A stretch of DNA of 64,000 nt from Angustibacter luteus. Its GTDB lineage: Bacteria > Actinomycetota > Actinomycetes > Actinomycetales > Angustibacteraceae. The stretch covers positions 372,001-436,000 of the forward strand of contig NZ_BAABFP010000005.1 in NCBI RefSeq assembly GCF_039541115.1, in the 5' to 3' direction. A program made the translations under genes and the position numbers. Positions 27,196 through 37,879 of this stretch are shown piece by piece (the stretch's first letter is position 1; every line of letters begins with the position of its first letter). Under the pieces are notes generated by a model that saw only the letters and a program-made list of their open reading frames with translations, searched no databases and was not told where the DNA came from.

Positions 27196-27208
27196 CGTCG
27201 CTCCTTCG

Positions 27209-27247
27209 AGATATATCGCGAGTCGGAGAACAAGATATATCGCGAGT
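27209..27247. promoter_or_regulatory. Tandem 15-bp direct repeat with palindromic core, putative operator of the MFS gene
   Basis: AGATATATCGCGAGT at 27209-27223 and 27233-27247. Confidence 0.7.
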
Positions 27248-27295
27248 TGCCAGGACTGGCAAGGACTCGTGCCCAGGGATCGCTAGGCTCGCCGC

Positions 27296-27958
27296 GTGGC
27301 CCTGCAGATCTCGCCGAGCATCCTGAACTCCGACTTCGCCAACCTCGAGTCCGAGCTGGCGCGCATCGCCGACGCCGACTGGGCGCACGTGGACGTCATG
27401 GACAACCACTTCGTGCCGAACCTGACCCTCGGGCTGCCGGTGGTGGAGGCCCTGGCCAAGATCAGCCCGGTGCCGATCGACACGCACCTGATGATCGAGG
27501 ACCCGGACCGCTGGGCCCCCGGCTACGCAGAGGCTGGCGCGGCCAGCGTCACCTTCCACGCCGAGGCCGCCGCGGCGCCGGTGCGGCTGGCTCGCGAGCT
27601 GCGCCGCCTCGGCGCCCGGGCCGGTCTGGCGCTCAAGCCCGCCACCCCCGTCGAGCCGTTCCTGGACCTGCTGCCCGAGCTGGACATGCTGCTGGTGATG
27701 ACCGTCGAGCCCGGTTTCGGCGGCCAGACCTTCCTGGACGTCACGCTGCCCAAGATCCGGCGCGCCCGGCGGGCGATCCGGGACAGCGGGCTGGACGTCT
27801 GGCTGCAGGTGGACGGCGGCGTCACCACCGAGACCATCGAGCGGGCGGCGGACGCCGGTGCCGACGTGTTCGTCGCCGGGTCGGCCGTCTACGGGGCGCC
27901 CGACGCGGCGGCGCAGATCGCCCTGCTGCGCGAGCGTGCCGCGGCTCACACCCACTGA
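27296..27958 (+). CDS. rpe: Ribulose-phosphate 3-epimerase
   Basis: [33 protein letters not shown]. Confidence 0.98.
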   Translation: MALQISPSILNSDFANLESELARIADADWAHVDVMDNHFVPNLTLGLPVVEALAKISPVPIDTHLMIEDPDRWAPGYAEAGAASVTFHAEAAAAPVRLARELRRLGARAGLALKPATPVEPFLDLLPELDMLLVMTVEPGFGGQTFLDVTLPKIRRARRAIRDSGLDVWLQVDGGVTTETIERAADAGADVFVAGSAVYGAPDAAAQIALLRERAAAHTH

Positions 27959-28000
27959 TCTTTCGCCAGCGGGGGATAGGGCTAGACTCACCGCAGCACA

Positions 28001-28129
28001 CGCGTGCTCCGGGGTCGGTGAAATTCCGAGCCGGCGGTGACAGTCCGCGACCCGACCGCAGCCAGCGGCCGGTTGACCTGGTGGAACTCCAGGACCGACG
28101 GTGAGAGTCCGGATGGGAGGAGACACGCG
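28001..28129 (+). ncRNA. FMN riboswitch (RFN element)
   Basis: CCGGGGTCGGTGAAATTCCGAGCCGGCGGTGACAGTCCGCGA...GACGGTGAGAGTCCGGATGGGAGG; upstream of the rib operon; TAGACT -10 at 27983. Confidence 0.96.
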
Positions 28130-28270
28130 GCGTCGCAGGCGCTTTGCGTCGGTGGCGCCGTCGGCGCGCGAGCCCGAAGCCGGGCCGCACACCGACGTGA
28201 CGACGAGGGATCACTCTCTCGTGGTCGACCCCGGAGCCCGCCCCGAACGGCGAGGCGAGAGGGGTCCCAG

Positions 28271-29299
28271 GTGAGTGACATCGACGTCGCGATGGCCCGC
28301 GCTCTGCTGCTGGCGCGCCGAGGGCCCTCGAGCGACCCCAACCCGCGGGTCGGCTGCGTCGTCCTGGACGACGCCGGCGAGGTGGTCGGTGAGGGCTGGC
28401 ACGAAGGCGCCGGCAGCCCGCACGCCGAGGTGGCCGCGCTCGCCCGGGCCGGCACCGCCGCGCACGGCGGCACCGCCGTCGTCACCCTGGAACCGTGCGG
28501 GCACACCGGTCGCACCGGTCCGTGCACCGCTGCGCTCATCACGGCCGGCGTGGCACGCGTCGTCTTCGCGCGGCCCGACGCCAACCCGGACGCCGCCGGC
28601 GGGGCGCAGCGGCTGCGCGCGGCGGGCATCCACGTCAGCCAGATCGAGGACCTCGGACTGCGCACCGAAGCCGACGCGCTGGTCGCCCGCTGGCAGCAGG
28701 CCCAGGACCTCGGCCGCCCGGTCGTCACCTGGAAGTTCGCCTCGACCCTGGACGGGCGAGGCGCCGCCGCCGACGGCACCAGCCAGTGGATCACCGGAGC
28801 GCCCGCGCGCCAGGACGTGCACGACCTGCGCGCCGACGCCGACACCATCCTGGTCGGGACCGGCACCGCCTGGACCGACGACCCGCGGCTGACCGTCCGG
28901 GACCGCCGCGGCGCCGACCGGCCGCAGCAGCCGCGCCGGGCTGTGATGGGCCTGCGCGGACTGCGGCCCGGCAGCGTGCTCGAGCGGACCGGCGCGACCG
29001 TGCTGGACACCCGCTGCCCGCACGAGGCACTGCGGCGGCTTTGGGCGCTGGGCAGCCGGCACGTCTGGCTCGAGGGCGGTGCGACCCTGGCCGCGGTGTT
29101 CTGGCAGGCCCGCCTGGTCGACCACGTCGTCGCCTACGTCGCGCCGGCCTTCCTCGGGCTCGGCGCGCCGGCCGTGGCCGACCTCGGCATCGGCTCCATC
29201 GACGCCATCGCCCGGCTCCGGCTCGACGACGTCACCCGGCTGGGCGACGACCTGCGCCTGATGCTCACCCCCACCCCCGACCCCACCGAGGGAGCCTGA
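28271..29299 (+). CDS. ribD: Bifunctional riboflavin deaminase/reductase
   Basis: PNPRVGCV, HAE, TLEPCGHTGRTGPC, SQWIT, EGG. Confidence 0.96.
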   Translation: MSDIDVAMARALLLARRGPSSDPNPRVGCVVLDDAGEVVGEGWHEGAGSPHAEVAALARAGTAAHGGTAVVTLEPCGHTGRTGPCTAALITAGVARVVFARPDANPDAAGGAQRLRAAGIHVSQIEDLGLRTEADALVARWQQAQDLGRPVVTWKFASTLDGRGAAADGTSQWITGAPARQDVHDLRADADTILVGTGTAWTDDPRLTVRDRRGADRPQQPRRAVMGLRGLRPGSVLERTGATVLDTRCPHEALRRLWALGSRHVWLEGGATLAAVFWQARLVDHVVAYVAPAFLGLGAPAVADLGIGSIDAIARLRLDDVTRLGDDLRLMLTPTPDPTEGA

Positions 29300-29928
29300 T
29301 GTTCACCGGGATCGTCGAGGAGCTCGGGGAGGTCGTCGCGCTGGAGCACGGCGCCGACTCCGCCCGCCTCACCGTGCACGGACCGTTGGTGACCTCGGAC
29401 GCGCTGCCCGGTGCGTCCATCGCGGTGAACGGCGTCTGCCTGACCGTCGTCGGCGAGCCCACCGACGGCGGTTTCACCGTCGACGTGATGGCGCAGACCT
29501 TGCGGCACAGCGCGCTCGGTGACCTGGTGCCCGGTTCGCCGGTGAACCTGGAGCGCGCGATGGCCGCCGACGGGCGGTTCGGCGGGCACGTCGTCCAGGG
29601 GCACGTCGACGGCACCGCCGTCGTGGTCCGTCGCGAGCCCGGTGACCGCTGGGAGGTGGTGACCATCTCGCTGCCGCCGCACCTGGCCCGCTACCTGGTG
29701 CCGCAGGGGTCGATCACCGTGGACGGCGTCTCGCTGACCGTCAGCGCGCTCGACGACGAGGCCGGCACCTTCTCGGTGTCGCTGATCCCCACCACGCTCG
29801 AGCTCACCACGCTCGGACGTCGCGCGGTGGGCGACCCGGTCAACCTCGAGGTCGACGTCCTCGCCAAGTACGTGCACCGCCTGCTCACGAACCGCAACGC
29901 GACCCTGGAGACACCGTGGACTTCATGA
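29299..29928 (+). CDS. ribE: Riboflavin synthase
   Basis: MFTGIVEE, SIAVNGVCLT, GGHVVQGHVD, VNLEVD. Confidence 0.97.
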   Translation: MFTGIVEELGEVVALEHGADSARLTVHGPLVTSDALPGASIAVNGVCLTVVGEPTDGGFTVDVMAQTLRHSALGDLVPGSPVNLERAMAADGRFGGHVVQGHVDGTAVVVRREPGDRWEVVTISLPPHLARYLVPQGSITVDGVSLTVSALDDEAGTFSVSLIPTTLELTTLGRRAVGDPVNLEVDVLAKYVHRLLTNRNATLETPWTS

Positions 29929-30605
29929 ACGACCTGCTCGCGGCGCACCTGACCATCGCCGGTCACCCCATCGCCTGGAGCGAGATCATCGGCAACGTCT
30001 TCGGGCTCGCCTCCGCGATCCTGGGCATGCGCCGCAAGGTGTGGGCCTGGCCGGTCGGGATCATCGGCAACGTCCTGCTGTTCCTGGTGTTCACCGGCGC
30101 CGCCTACGGCTCCGAGAGCGGGCACACGCTCTACGGGCAGGCCGGTCGCCAGGTGTTCTTCATCATCACCAGCGTCTACGGCTGGTGGCGCTGGCAGCAG
30201 CACAAGGAGCACGACCCGAACGGCGTCGCCGTCGAGCCGCGGTGGGCGACCTGGCGCGAGCGGGCCGTCGTCGGTGTGCTGTGGCTGGCCGGCGTGGCGA
30301 TCCTGACCCCCATCTTCCGCTCCCTCGGCTCGTACGACCCGGTCTGGGCGGACGCGTGGATCTTCGTCGGCTCGATGGTCGCCACCTACGCGATGGCGCG
30401 AGGATGGGTCGACTTCTGGCTCTGCTGGATCGCCGTCGACATCGTCGGGGTGCCGGTGCTGGTGCGGGCGCACTTCTACCCCTCCGCGGTGCTGTACGCC
30501 GTGTACGCCGGGTTCGTGATCTGGGGCTTCGTGGTGTGGCTGCGGCTGGCTCGCGCCTCCACGGACGAGGCCGCGGCCGGCGCCGCCGAGAGGGTGCCCT
30601 CATGA
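29916..30605 (+). CDS. PnuC-family riboflavin transporter (RibM-like)
   Basis: WAWPVG, YGWWRW, WIAVD motifs; located within the rib operon. Confidence 0.88.
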   Translation: MDFMNDLLAAHLTIAGHPIAWSEIIGNVFGLASAILGMRRKVWAWPVGIIGNVLLFLVFTGAAYGSESGHTLYGQAGRQVFFIITSVYGWWRWQQHKEHDPNGVAVEPRWATWRERAVVGVLWLAGVAILTPIFRSLGSYDPVWADAWIFVGSMVATYAMARGWVDFWLCWIAVDIVGVPVLVRAHFYPSAVLYAVYAGFVIWGFVVWLRLARASTDEAAAGAAERVPS

Positions 30606-31882
30606 CGGGCGGCGGGCTGGCGCTCGGGCTGGCCACCGTCGAGGCGGCGCTGGACGAGCTGCGCCGCGGCCGTCCGGTCCTCGTCGTCGACGACGCCGAC
30701 CGGGAGAACGAGGGCGACGTCGTGCTGGCCGCCGAGCACGCCACCGCGCAGTGGCTCGCCTGGACCGTCCGGCACACCTCGGGCTACCTGTGCGCGCCGA
30801 TGCCGGCGGACTGGGCGGACCGGCTCGCTCTGCCGCCGATGGTCGCCCAGAACGAGGACTCCCTGCGCACCGCGTACACGGTGTCGGTGGACGCTCGCGA
30901 GGGCGTCACGACCGGGATCAGTGCGGCCGACCGCGCTCACACGCTGCGGGTGCTCGCGGACCCGGCGACGACGGCCGCGGACCTGGTCCGTCCCGGGCAC
31001 GTCCTGCCGTTGCGGGCCCGCGCCGGGGGAGTGCTGGAGCGGGCCGGGCACACGGAGGCGGCCGTCGACCTGTGCCGGCTGGCCGGACTGGCACCGGTCG
31101 CGGTGATCGGCGAGCTCGTGCAGGAGGACGGCACGATGACCCGGCTCCCCGGCGTCCTCGAGCTCGGACGTCGGCACGACCTGCTGACGATCAGCATCGC
31201 CGACCTGGCGAGCTGGCGCCGTGCCCAGGGTGACGAGGGTTCGCCCGCGGCGCCGCACGGTGACGTCCAGCGCGTACGGCGCGTCGCGTCCAGCGTGCTG
31301 CCCACCCGGCACGGCGAGCTCACGGTGCACGGCTACCGCGACCTGGTGACCGGTGCCGAGCACGTCGCGCTGGTCAGCGGCGACCCGACGTCGCCCGGCG
31401 CCGTCGTCCGGCTGCACTCGGAGTGCCTGACCGGCGACGCGTTCGGGTCGCTGCGCTGCGACTGCGGTGCCCAGCTGGACGCCGCGCTGGGGGAGATCAC
31501 CCGGCACGGCGGTGCCGTGGTCTACCTGCGCGACCACGAGGGCCGCGGGATCGGTCTGCTGCCCAAGCTCGCGGCCTACGCGCTGCAGGACGCCGGCCGC
31601 GACACGGTCGAGGCGAACCTCGAGCTCGGCCTGCCGGCCGACGCCCGCGACTACGCGGCCGGGGCCGCAGTGCTGCGCGACCTCGGTGTCGTCGAGGTGC
31701 GGCTGCTGACCAACAACCCGGACAAGGTCGCCGGTCTCGAGCGGGCCGGGATCGTCGTGCGCGAGCGGTTGGCGCTACGGGCCGGCTGGTCCCAGCACAA
31801 CGCCGCCTACCTCGACACCAAGCGCCAGCGCTTCGGGCACGACCTGCCGTCGCGTTCCGGCCAGCACCGCGAGTCCGCATGA
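30602..31882 (+). CDS. ribBA: DHBP synthase / GTP cyclohydrolase II
   Basis: [24 protein letters not shown]...RCDC, LTNNPDK. Confidence 0.97.
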   Translation: MTGGGLALGLATVEAALDELRRGRPVLVVDDADRENEGDVVLAAEHATAQWLAWTVRHTSGYLCAPMPADWADRLALPPMVAQNEDSLRTAYTVSVDAREGVTTGISAADRAHTLRVLADPATTAADLVRPGHVLPLRARAGGVLERAGHTEAAVDLCRLAGLAPVAVIGELVQEDGTMTRLPGVLELGRRHDLLTISIADLASWRRAQGDEGSPAAPHGDVQRVRRVASSVLPTRHGELTVHGYRDLVTGAEHVALVSGDPTSPGAVVRLHSECLTGDAFGSLRCDCGAQLDAALGEITRHGGAVVYLRDHEGRGIGLLPKLAAYALQDAGRDTVEANLELGLPADARDYAAGAAVLRDLGVVEVRLLTNNPDKVAGLERAGIVVRERLALRAGWSQHNAAYLDTKRQRFGHDLPSRSGQHRESA

Positions 31883-32382
31883 GCGGCCACGGCTCGCCCA
31901 CGCTCACCGTCGACGGGTCCGGGCTGCGGGTCGCGGTGGTGGCCGCGAGCTGGCACGAGCCGGTGATGGACGGCCTGCTGGACGGCGCCCGCCGAGCCCT
32001 GGCTGACTCCGGCGTGGAGCAGTCGCTCACGCTGCGCGTCCCGGGCACCTTCGAGCTGCCGGTCGCAGCATCCCGCCTGGCCGGGGCCGGGTTCGACGCG
32101 GTGGTCGCGCTCGGCGTCGTGGTCCGCGGCGGCACTCCGCACTTCGAGTACGTCTGCCAGGCCGCGACGTCCGGGCTCACCGACGTGGCGGTGCGCACCG
32201 GCGTCCCGGTCGGCTTCGGAGTGCTCACCTGCGACGACGACAAACAGGCGCTGGACCGCGCCGGTCTTCCCGGCTCGCACGAGGACAAGGGCTACGAGGC
32301 GACGGTGGCGGCGATCAGCACGGCGCTCACGTTGCGAGACGTCCGGCTGCCCGAGACGTCGTCGCCCGTCGGCGCCCCGTAG
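31879..32382 (+). CDS. ribH: Lumazine synthase
   Basis: [32 protein letters not shown]. Confidence 0.97.
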   Translation: MSGHGSPTLTVDGSGLRVAVVAASWHEPVMDGLLDGARRALADSGVEQSLTLRVPGTFELPVAASRLAGAGFDAVVALGVVVRGGTPHFEYVCQAATSGLTDVAVRTGVPVGFGVLTCDDDKQALDRAGLPGSHEDKGYEATVAAISTALTLRDVRLPETSSPVGAP

Positions 32383-32393
32383 GCTGACCGACC

Positions 32394-32657
32394 GTGAAGA
32401 GCTTCGACGCCCTGTTCGACGAGCTGAGCGAGAAGGCCCGGTCCCGCCCCGCGGGCTCGCGCACTGTCGCCGAGCTCGACGCGGGCGTGCACGCCATCGG
32501 CAAGAAGGTCGTCGAGGAGGCGGCCGAGGTGTGGATGGCCGCCGAGCACGAGAGCCCGGAGCGGGCGGCGGAGGAGATCAGCCAGCTGCTGTACCACCTG
32601 CAGGTGCTGATGCTCGACCGCGGCCTCACCCTGCAGGATGTGTACGCGCATCTGTGA
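32394..32657 (+). CDS. hisE: Phosphoribosyl-ATP diphosphatase
   Basis: [19 protein letters not shown]. Confidence 0.96.
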   Translation: MKSFDALFDELSEKARSRPAGSRTVAELDAGVHAIGKKVVEEAAEVWMAAEHESPERAAEEISQLLYHLQVLMLDRGLTLQDVYAHL

Positions 32658-32709
32658 GCGGCGGCCCCGCCCTCGCCAGAGCCGTTCACCTTCTCGCTAG
32701 GAGCCACTG

Positions 32710-33555
32710 ATGCTGCGCATCGCCGTACCGAACAAGGGGTCGCTGTCCGAGGCCGCCACCGACATGCTGCGCGAGAGCGGGTACCGCCAGCGGTCGAGCA
32801 GCCACGACCTCGTGCTGTCCGACCCGGACAACGACGTGGAGTTCTTCTACCTGCGACCGCGCGACATCGCGGTGTACGTCGGGTCGGGGACGCTCGACGT
32901 GGGGCTGACCGGGCGTGACCTGCTCCTCGACTCCGGCGCCCAGGCGCAGGAGATCCTGCCGCTCGGCTTCGGCCGCTCGACGTTCCGGTTCGCGGCGCCG
33001 CCCGGGGTGGCCGGCTCGGTCGCGGACCTGGGCGGTCTGCGGGTCGCGACGTCCTACGCCGGCCTGCTGGAGCGGCACCTGGCCGGGCACGACGTGCAGG
33101 CGGACATCGTCCGGCTGGACGGTGCGGTCGAGTCGTCGGTCGGCCTGGGCGTCGCGGACGTCGTCGCGGACGTCGTGCAGACCGGCAGCACGCTCAAGGC
33201 GGCCGGGCTGGCGGTCTTCGGCGACCCGATCCTGGAGTCCGAGGCCGTGCTGATCCGGCGCACCGACGCGGAGGACGACCCGGCGGTCGGGGTGCTGACC
33301 CGCAGGTTGCAGGGTGTCCTCACGGCCCGCCGCTACGTGATGATGGACTACGACGTCCGCGTCGAGCTGGTCGAGAAGGCCTGCGCGCTGACGCCAGGGC
33401 TCGAGTCGCCGACCGTGAGCCCGTTGCACGACAAGGGATGGGTGGCGGTGCGGTCCATGGTCCCGAGAGCGACGACGAACCAGGTGATGGACGACCTGTA
33501 CGACCTGGGCGCGCGGGCCATCCTGGTCACCGACATCCACGCCTGCCGGCTGTAG
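32710..33555 (+). CDS. hisG: ATP phosphoribosyltransferase (long form)
   Basis: [36 protein letters not shown]. Confidence 0.98.
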   Translation: MLRIAVPNKGSLSEAATDMLRESGYRQRSSSHDLVLSDPDNDVEFFYLRPRDIAVYVGSGTLDVGLTGRDLLLDSGAQAQEILPLGFGRSTFRFAAPPGVAGSVADLGGLRVATSYAGLLERHLAGHDVQADIVRLDGAVESSVGLGVADVVADVVQTGSTLKAAGLAVFGDPILESEAVLIRRTDAEDDPAVGVLTRRLQGVLTARRYVMMDYDVRVELVEKACALTPGLESPTVSPLHDKGWVAVRSMVPRATTNQVMDDLYDLGARAILVTDIHACRL

Positions 33556-33561
33556 GGGCCC

Positions 33562-34002
33562 ATGAGCGCGATCGGCGATCCCTACGCCACGTTCCGGCCC
33601 CGCCGGGGACGCCGGGTCGCCTGGGTCGTCGCGGCCATGTCGGTGACGCTGTTCGGCGCCCTGGCCCTGGTCGTCCCGAGCACCGGCTCCGCCGGCTGGT
33701 CGGTCGCGGACTCGTTGCTGCTGTGGGGTTTCGGCTGGCTCGTCGCGGTGGCCATGTGGCGGTTCGCCCGGCTCGAGGCCGTCCCCTCCGAGCGCGGCAT
33801 CGTCGTGCGGAACGTGCTGCTCACCCGGGACCTGACCTGGTCGGAGATCGGCGGGGTGCGGTTCGGCAGCGGGGACGCCTGGGCGTGGCTCGACCTCAAG
33901 GACGGCGACGAGGTGGCCGTCATGGCGATCCAGCGCTCGGACGGTGACGACGCGCGCCGGGCCGCCTCCCGGCTCATGGCCCTCGTGCAGGTGAACGCGT
34001 GA
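33562..34002 (+). CDS. Membrane PH-domain protein
   Basis: Two TM segments followed by GIVVRN...W..I...MAIQ; usual position after hisG in actinobacteria. Confidence 0.8.
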   Translation: MSAIGDPYATFRPRRGRRVAWVVAAMSVTLFGALALVVPSTGSAGWSVADSLLLWGFGWLVAVAMWRFARLEAVPSERGIVVRNVLLTRDLTWSEIGGVRFGSGDAWAWLDLKDGDEVAVMAIQRSDGDDARRAASRLMALVQVNA

Positions 34003-34598
34003 GCAGCGACGATGCGGACGCCGCTGCCGCCGATCCTGGCGGTGTCGTCGGGATCGTCCTGGCGGCCGGGGCGGGGCGACGCTTCGGCGGCCCGAAGGCG
34101 TTGGCCACCCTGGACGGCAGGCGGCTGGTGGACCGCGCCGTCGCCACCCTGCGGGCGGGGGGGTGCGCGGACGTGATCGCGGTCGCCGGTGCCGTCCCGC
34201 TGCGCGACGTCGACGCCGAGGTCGCCACGAACGTGAACTGGCCCCGCGGCATGGCGTCGTCGCTGCAGGTCGGGCTCGCCGCGGCTCAGGCCGGACCCTG
34301 GTCGACGGCGGTGCTGCTGCTCGTGGACCAGCCGTGGATCGGCCCGCAGGCGGTGCGGCGGCTGATCGCGGCGCGCGCGGCGGGAGCGCGCTGTGCGCAG
34401 GCCGAGTACGACGGCGTGCCGGGGCACCCGGTGCTGTTCGCGCGGGAGTGCTGGGCGGACGTCGGCGCGGCGGCCCGGGGCGACCAGGGCGCGCGGGTGT
34501 GGCTGCGCACGCACCCGGACGAGGTGAGCGCGGTGGACTGCGCCGGGACCGGCGACCCGCGTGACGTCGACCGGCCGCAGGACCTGCTCGACAGCTGA
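33999..34598 (+). CDS. MocA/MobA-like nucleotidyltransferase, probable Moco cytidylyltransferase
   Basis: LAAGAGRRFGGPKAL, GMASSL, LVDQP, GHPVLF, GDQGAR, DVDRP. Confidence 0.85.
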   Translation: MSSDDADAAAADPGGVVGIVLAAGAGRRFGGPKALATLDGRRLVDRAVATLRAGGCADVIAVAGAVPLRDVDAEVATNVNWPRGMASSLQVGLAAAQAGPWSTAVLLLVDQPWIGPQAVRRLIAARAAGARCAQAEYDGVPGHPVLFARECWADVGAAARGDQGARVWLRTHPDEVSAVDCAGTGDPRDVDRPQDLLDS

Positions 34599-34656
34599 GC
34601 GGGAACGACCTGCGGCCCGGGCGCGTTGAGCAACAGCCGCCGACGCAGGGAGTGCC

Positions 34657-35295
34657 GTGACCCAGGAAATCGCCACCGAGATCGACCGCCAGCTCGACGT
34701 CCTGGTGGGCAAGGGGTACCCGGCCCTGGCCGGGCTCGGCGAAGGGGAGTTCCGCGCGCTGGCCGACCCGGTGCGGGTGGCCGCGGCCGATGTCGTCCCG
34801 GCGGCGCCGAGCGAGCAGCAGGTGACGTTCCTGCTGGTCACCACCCGGGACGTCGTCCCGGCCGAGGACGCGATGCCGCTGACGACTCTGCTGGGCAGCA
34901 CCAAGCCGGGGGTGGTGGACCGCAACCACGGCGACGGTGACCTGGCCGGGTACCTACCCATCGACGCGGTCCGCCTCCCCGCGGCCCGGCTCTACGCGCT
35001 GGTGGACGTCGAGCGCGGGGAGGAGTTCTGCGACGTCCGCCCGCAGGACGCCCTGCCGGTGGTGCTCGGCCGCGGCCGCACTCCGCTGACCATCGACGAG
35101 GGCGTGGCCCTGGTGACCCAGTTCCCGCAGGTGCTGCAGACGAACAGGTGCTTCATGCTGTCCGGCTCGCGGCGGCACGACAAGCGGGTGCCGGCGCTGT
35201 GGATCGGGCAGGGAGCGCCGAAGCTCGGCTGGTGCTGGGACGGCAACCCGCACTCCTGGCTGGGCACCGCGTCGGTCGGCCGGCGCCTGGGGTGA
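34657..35295 (+). CDS. Conserved hypothetical protein (DUF5701-like)
   Basis: RTPLTIDEG, GSRRHDKRVPALW, PKLGWCWDGNPHSWLG; family assigned from memory. Confidence 0.65.
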   Translation: MTQEIATEIDRQLDVLVGKGYPALAGLGEGEFRALADPVRVAAADVVPAAPSEQQVTFLLVTTRDVVPAEDAMPLTTLLGSTKPGVVDRNHGDGDLAGYLPIDAVRLPAARLYALVDVERGEEFCDVRPQDALPVVLGRGRTPLTIDEGVALVTQFPQVLQTNRCFMLSGSRRHDKRVPALWIGQGAPKLGWCWDGNPHSWLGTASVGRRLG

Positions 35296-35320
35296 ACCGA
35301 ACGGCGCGCCGACCCGTGTC
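35293..35320 (+). promoter_or_regulatory. SigL-type ECF promoter (autoregulatory)
   Basis: TGAACC-N16-CGTGTC directly upstream of the ECF sigma gene. Confidence 0.8.
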
Positions 35321-35371
35321 AGCAGCGAGATGATCAGGACGCAGCAGGCCGGCGGTCGACCAGGAGAGGCG

Positions 35372-35875
35372 ATGGCGCAGACGGACAGCGAGCTCATGCG
35401 TGCGCTGCACGACGAGCACGCGGGTGCGCTGTGGGCGTTCGTGGTCCGGCTGACCGGGGACAGGATGCAGGCCCAGGACATCGTGCAGGAGACGCTGCTG
35501 CGGGCCTGGAAGCACCCGGAGGTCCTCGACCCGTCGCGGGGCTCGCCGCGCGGCTGGCTGTACACCGTGGCCCGGCGGCTGGTCGTGGACGACTGGCGGA
35601 CGAAGCGGTCGCGGGTCGAGTCGCTGCCGGGCACGCTGCCGGAACGGGGTCAGGACGACACCGACCAGATGCTGCAGTCCTGGGTGGTCGCCGACGCGCT
35701 GCGCCAGCTCAGCCTGGACCACCGGGCCGTACTGGTCGAGTGCTACTTCCGCGGGCGGTCGGTCGCGGACGCGGCGCGGGTGCTGGGTATCCCCGAAGGA
35801 ACCGTGAAGTCGCGGGCGCACTACGCCTTGCTGCGGTTGCGCGTGGCCCTGCAGGAGATGGGGGTGAGCCGGTGA
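35372..35875 (+). CDS. sigL: ECF sigma factor (SigL-like)
   Basis: DIVQETLLRAWKHPEVL, GWLYTVARR, GIPEGTVKSRAHYAL; GGAGAGG SD. Confidence 0.88.
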   Translation: MAQTDSELMRALHDEHAGALWAFVVRLTGDRMQAQDIVQETLLRAWKHPEVLDPSRGSPRGWLYTVARRLVVDDWRTKRSRVESLPGTLPERGQDDTDQMLQSWVVADALRQLSLDHRAVLVECYFRGRSVADAARVLGIPEGTVKSRAHYALLRLRVALQEMGVSR

Positions 35876-36600
35876 GCGACAGCTACGAGACGTGGGCCGG
35901 GCCGTACGTGCTCGGCGCCCTGTCGCCGAGCGAGCGCGACGAGTTCGCCCGTCACCTGACCGGCTGCCCGCCGTGCAGCGAGGTGGTCGCCGAGCTCGCC
36001 GGGCTGCCCGGGCTGCTGTCCCGGGTGCCGGCCTCGGTCGTCGCGGAGCTGTCCGGCGAGTCCGGTCCGGACGGCGAGGAGGTCGTCCCACCGCTGCCGG
36101 ACACGCTGCTGCCGAACCTGCTGCGCGAGGCCCGCCGGCGCCGGCGGGGCCTGGTCGCGCTGGCCGTCGCGGGTCTGGCCGCGGCCGTGGTCGGCGTCCT
36201 CGTCGCGGTCGGGGCGGCGACCGCACCGGACCACCCGAGCAGCCCGACCGCCCCGACCCAGGTCGCCGGCTCGACGATGCAGCCCGCACCCGGGGTCCCG
36301 AGCAGCGCCCCGATCAGCGCGACCGTCGCCCTGACCAAGGTCGGCTGGGGGACCCGCCTGGACCTGGCCTGCGAGTACGAGGACTACGGGCGCGGTGACA
36401 CGGCGTACGCGCTGGTCGTGGTGGACCGCGCGGGTCAGGTGCAGCAGGTCGGCACCTGGAACGCCATCCCCGGCAAGCTCATCCACATGAGCTCGGGCAC
36501 GGCTCTGGACGCCGCGGACATCGCGGCCGTGCAGGTGCGCACGGTGAGCGGGCGCACGGTGCTGAACCTGGACCACCCGACGGCCGCGGTCACCGGGTGA
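35872..36600 (+). CDS. Membrane-bound ZAS anti-sigma factor (RslA-like)
   Basis: YVLGAL, HLTGCPPC (HxxxCxxC), one TM segment, WGTRLDLAC. Confidence 0.88.
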   Translation: MSDSYETWAGPYVLGALSPSERDEFARHLTGCPPCSEVVAELAGLPGLLSRVPASVVAELSGESGPDGEEVVPPLPDTLLPNLLREARRRRRGLVALAVAGLAAAVVGVLVAVGAATAPDHPSSPTAPTQVAGSTMQPAPGVPSSAPISATVALTKVGWGTRLDLACEYEDYGRGDTAYALVVVDRAGQVQQVGTWNAIPGKLIHMSSGTALDAADIAAVQVRTVSGRTVLNLDHPTAAVTG

Positions 36601-36628
36601 TCCGGGGTCGCTGATCCGGGGTAGCTGA

Positions 36629-37879
36629 TCAGGGGGTTCGGGTGCGTCCCGGCCGCAGCATGAACGCGGCGGCGCCCTGCGGGACCAGCAGCACGAGCAG
36701 CATGGCGAACGGCACCTGGTAGCTGCCGGTGGCGTCCCGCAGGGCACCGATCACGGTCGGGCTCAGCGACGCGACGGAGTAGGACACCAGGAAGACCATG
36801 GCCGACAGCCGCGCGCTGGCCGCCGGGCTGACCGAGTAGTCGGAGAACAGCACGAGCCCGAGCGCGAAGCCCGACCCGAGTCCCAGGCCGACCAGGCCCA
36901 CCCAGATCCACGGGGCGGCGTCCGGGGCGACGAGCATGCCGCCCACGCCGAGGGCGACGGCGACCACCGAGCAGAGCAGCATGGGACGCCGGTCCGGCAG
37001 CCGGTGCGCCACCACCGGTGCGGCGACGCCCGAGACCACCTGCGTCGCGCTGAACACCGCCAGCAGCAGGCCGGCGTCGGTCGCCGTCCAGCCGTGCGAC
37101 TCGTAGAAGGGTGCGATCCAGGCCAGCTGACCGTAGAACTGCCAGGACTGCAGGGACATGTAGACGACGACGAGCCAGGCGGTCGTGTACCGCCACGGCA
37201 GGGGCAACCGGGTCTCGGCAGGTTCGTCGACGGCTCGGCGGTGCCGGTTGGCTCGGCGGCCGACCGGCCAGCAGAACGCGAGCGCGACCACCGCGAACAG
37301 CCCCCAGAACGCGAGCGACTGGGGCCAGGAGCCGAACGCGTCCGCCAGGGGCACGCTCAGCGCGGACGCCGCAGCCGCGCCGCCCATCATGGCGAGCATG
37401 TAGCCGGCGGTGACCAGCGCCACGTGCTCGCTGAAGAACTCCTTGATGATGCCCGGCGTGATGGTCCCCCCCACGGCGATGCCGAAGCCGGCCAGCAGGG
37501 TGCCCAGGTAGAGCAGCGGGACGTGCTCGCCGCCCAGGCGCAGGGTGCTGCCGACGGCCAGCACCGCCAGGGCGGCGGCGACCGCCGACTCACGGCCCCA
37601 CCGGTGCGCCATCCGCTGCGCGACCGGCGCGAAGACCCCCATGCACAGCACGGGCAGGGTGGTCAGCGCGCCCGTCCAGGTGCGGTTGAGGTCGAGGTCG
37701 GCGCCGATCCGCTCGACCAGCGGCGGCAGGCTGGTGATGGCCAGGCGCAGGTTGAGCGCGACCAGCAGGACCGTGACCAGCATGAGCACTGAGCCGTGGA
37801 GGGCGTCGCGGTGCTGGGCGTCGGGGTGCGGGGTTCGGCCCGGACGGGTCGAACCGGCGTCGGCGGGGCGGGTGCTCAC
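36629..37879 (-). CDS. MFS transporter, CynX/NimT-like
   Basis: ALNLRLAITSLPPL, LTTLPVLC, PGIIKEFF, SLQSWQFY. Confidence 0.85.
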   Translation of the reverse strand: MSTRPADAGSTRPGRTPHPDAQHRDALHGSVLMLVTVLLVALNLRLAITSLPPLVERIGADLDLNRTWTGALTTLPVLCMGVFAPVAQRMAHRWGRESAVAAALAVLAVGSTLRLGGEHVPLLYLGTLLAGFGIAVGGTITPGIIKEFFSEHVALVTAGYMLAMMGGAAAASALSVPLADAFGSWPQSLAFWGLFAVVALAFCWPVGRRANRHRRAVDEPAETRLPLPWRYTTAWLVVVYMSLQSWQFYGQLAWIAPFYESHGWTATDAGLLLAVFSATQVVSGVAAPVVAHRLPDRRPMLLCSVVAVALGVGGMLVAPDAAPWIWVGLVGLGLGSGFALGLVLFSDYSVSPAASARLSAMVFLVSYSVASLSPTVIGALRDATGSYQVPFAMLLVLLVPQGAAAFMLRPGRTRTP

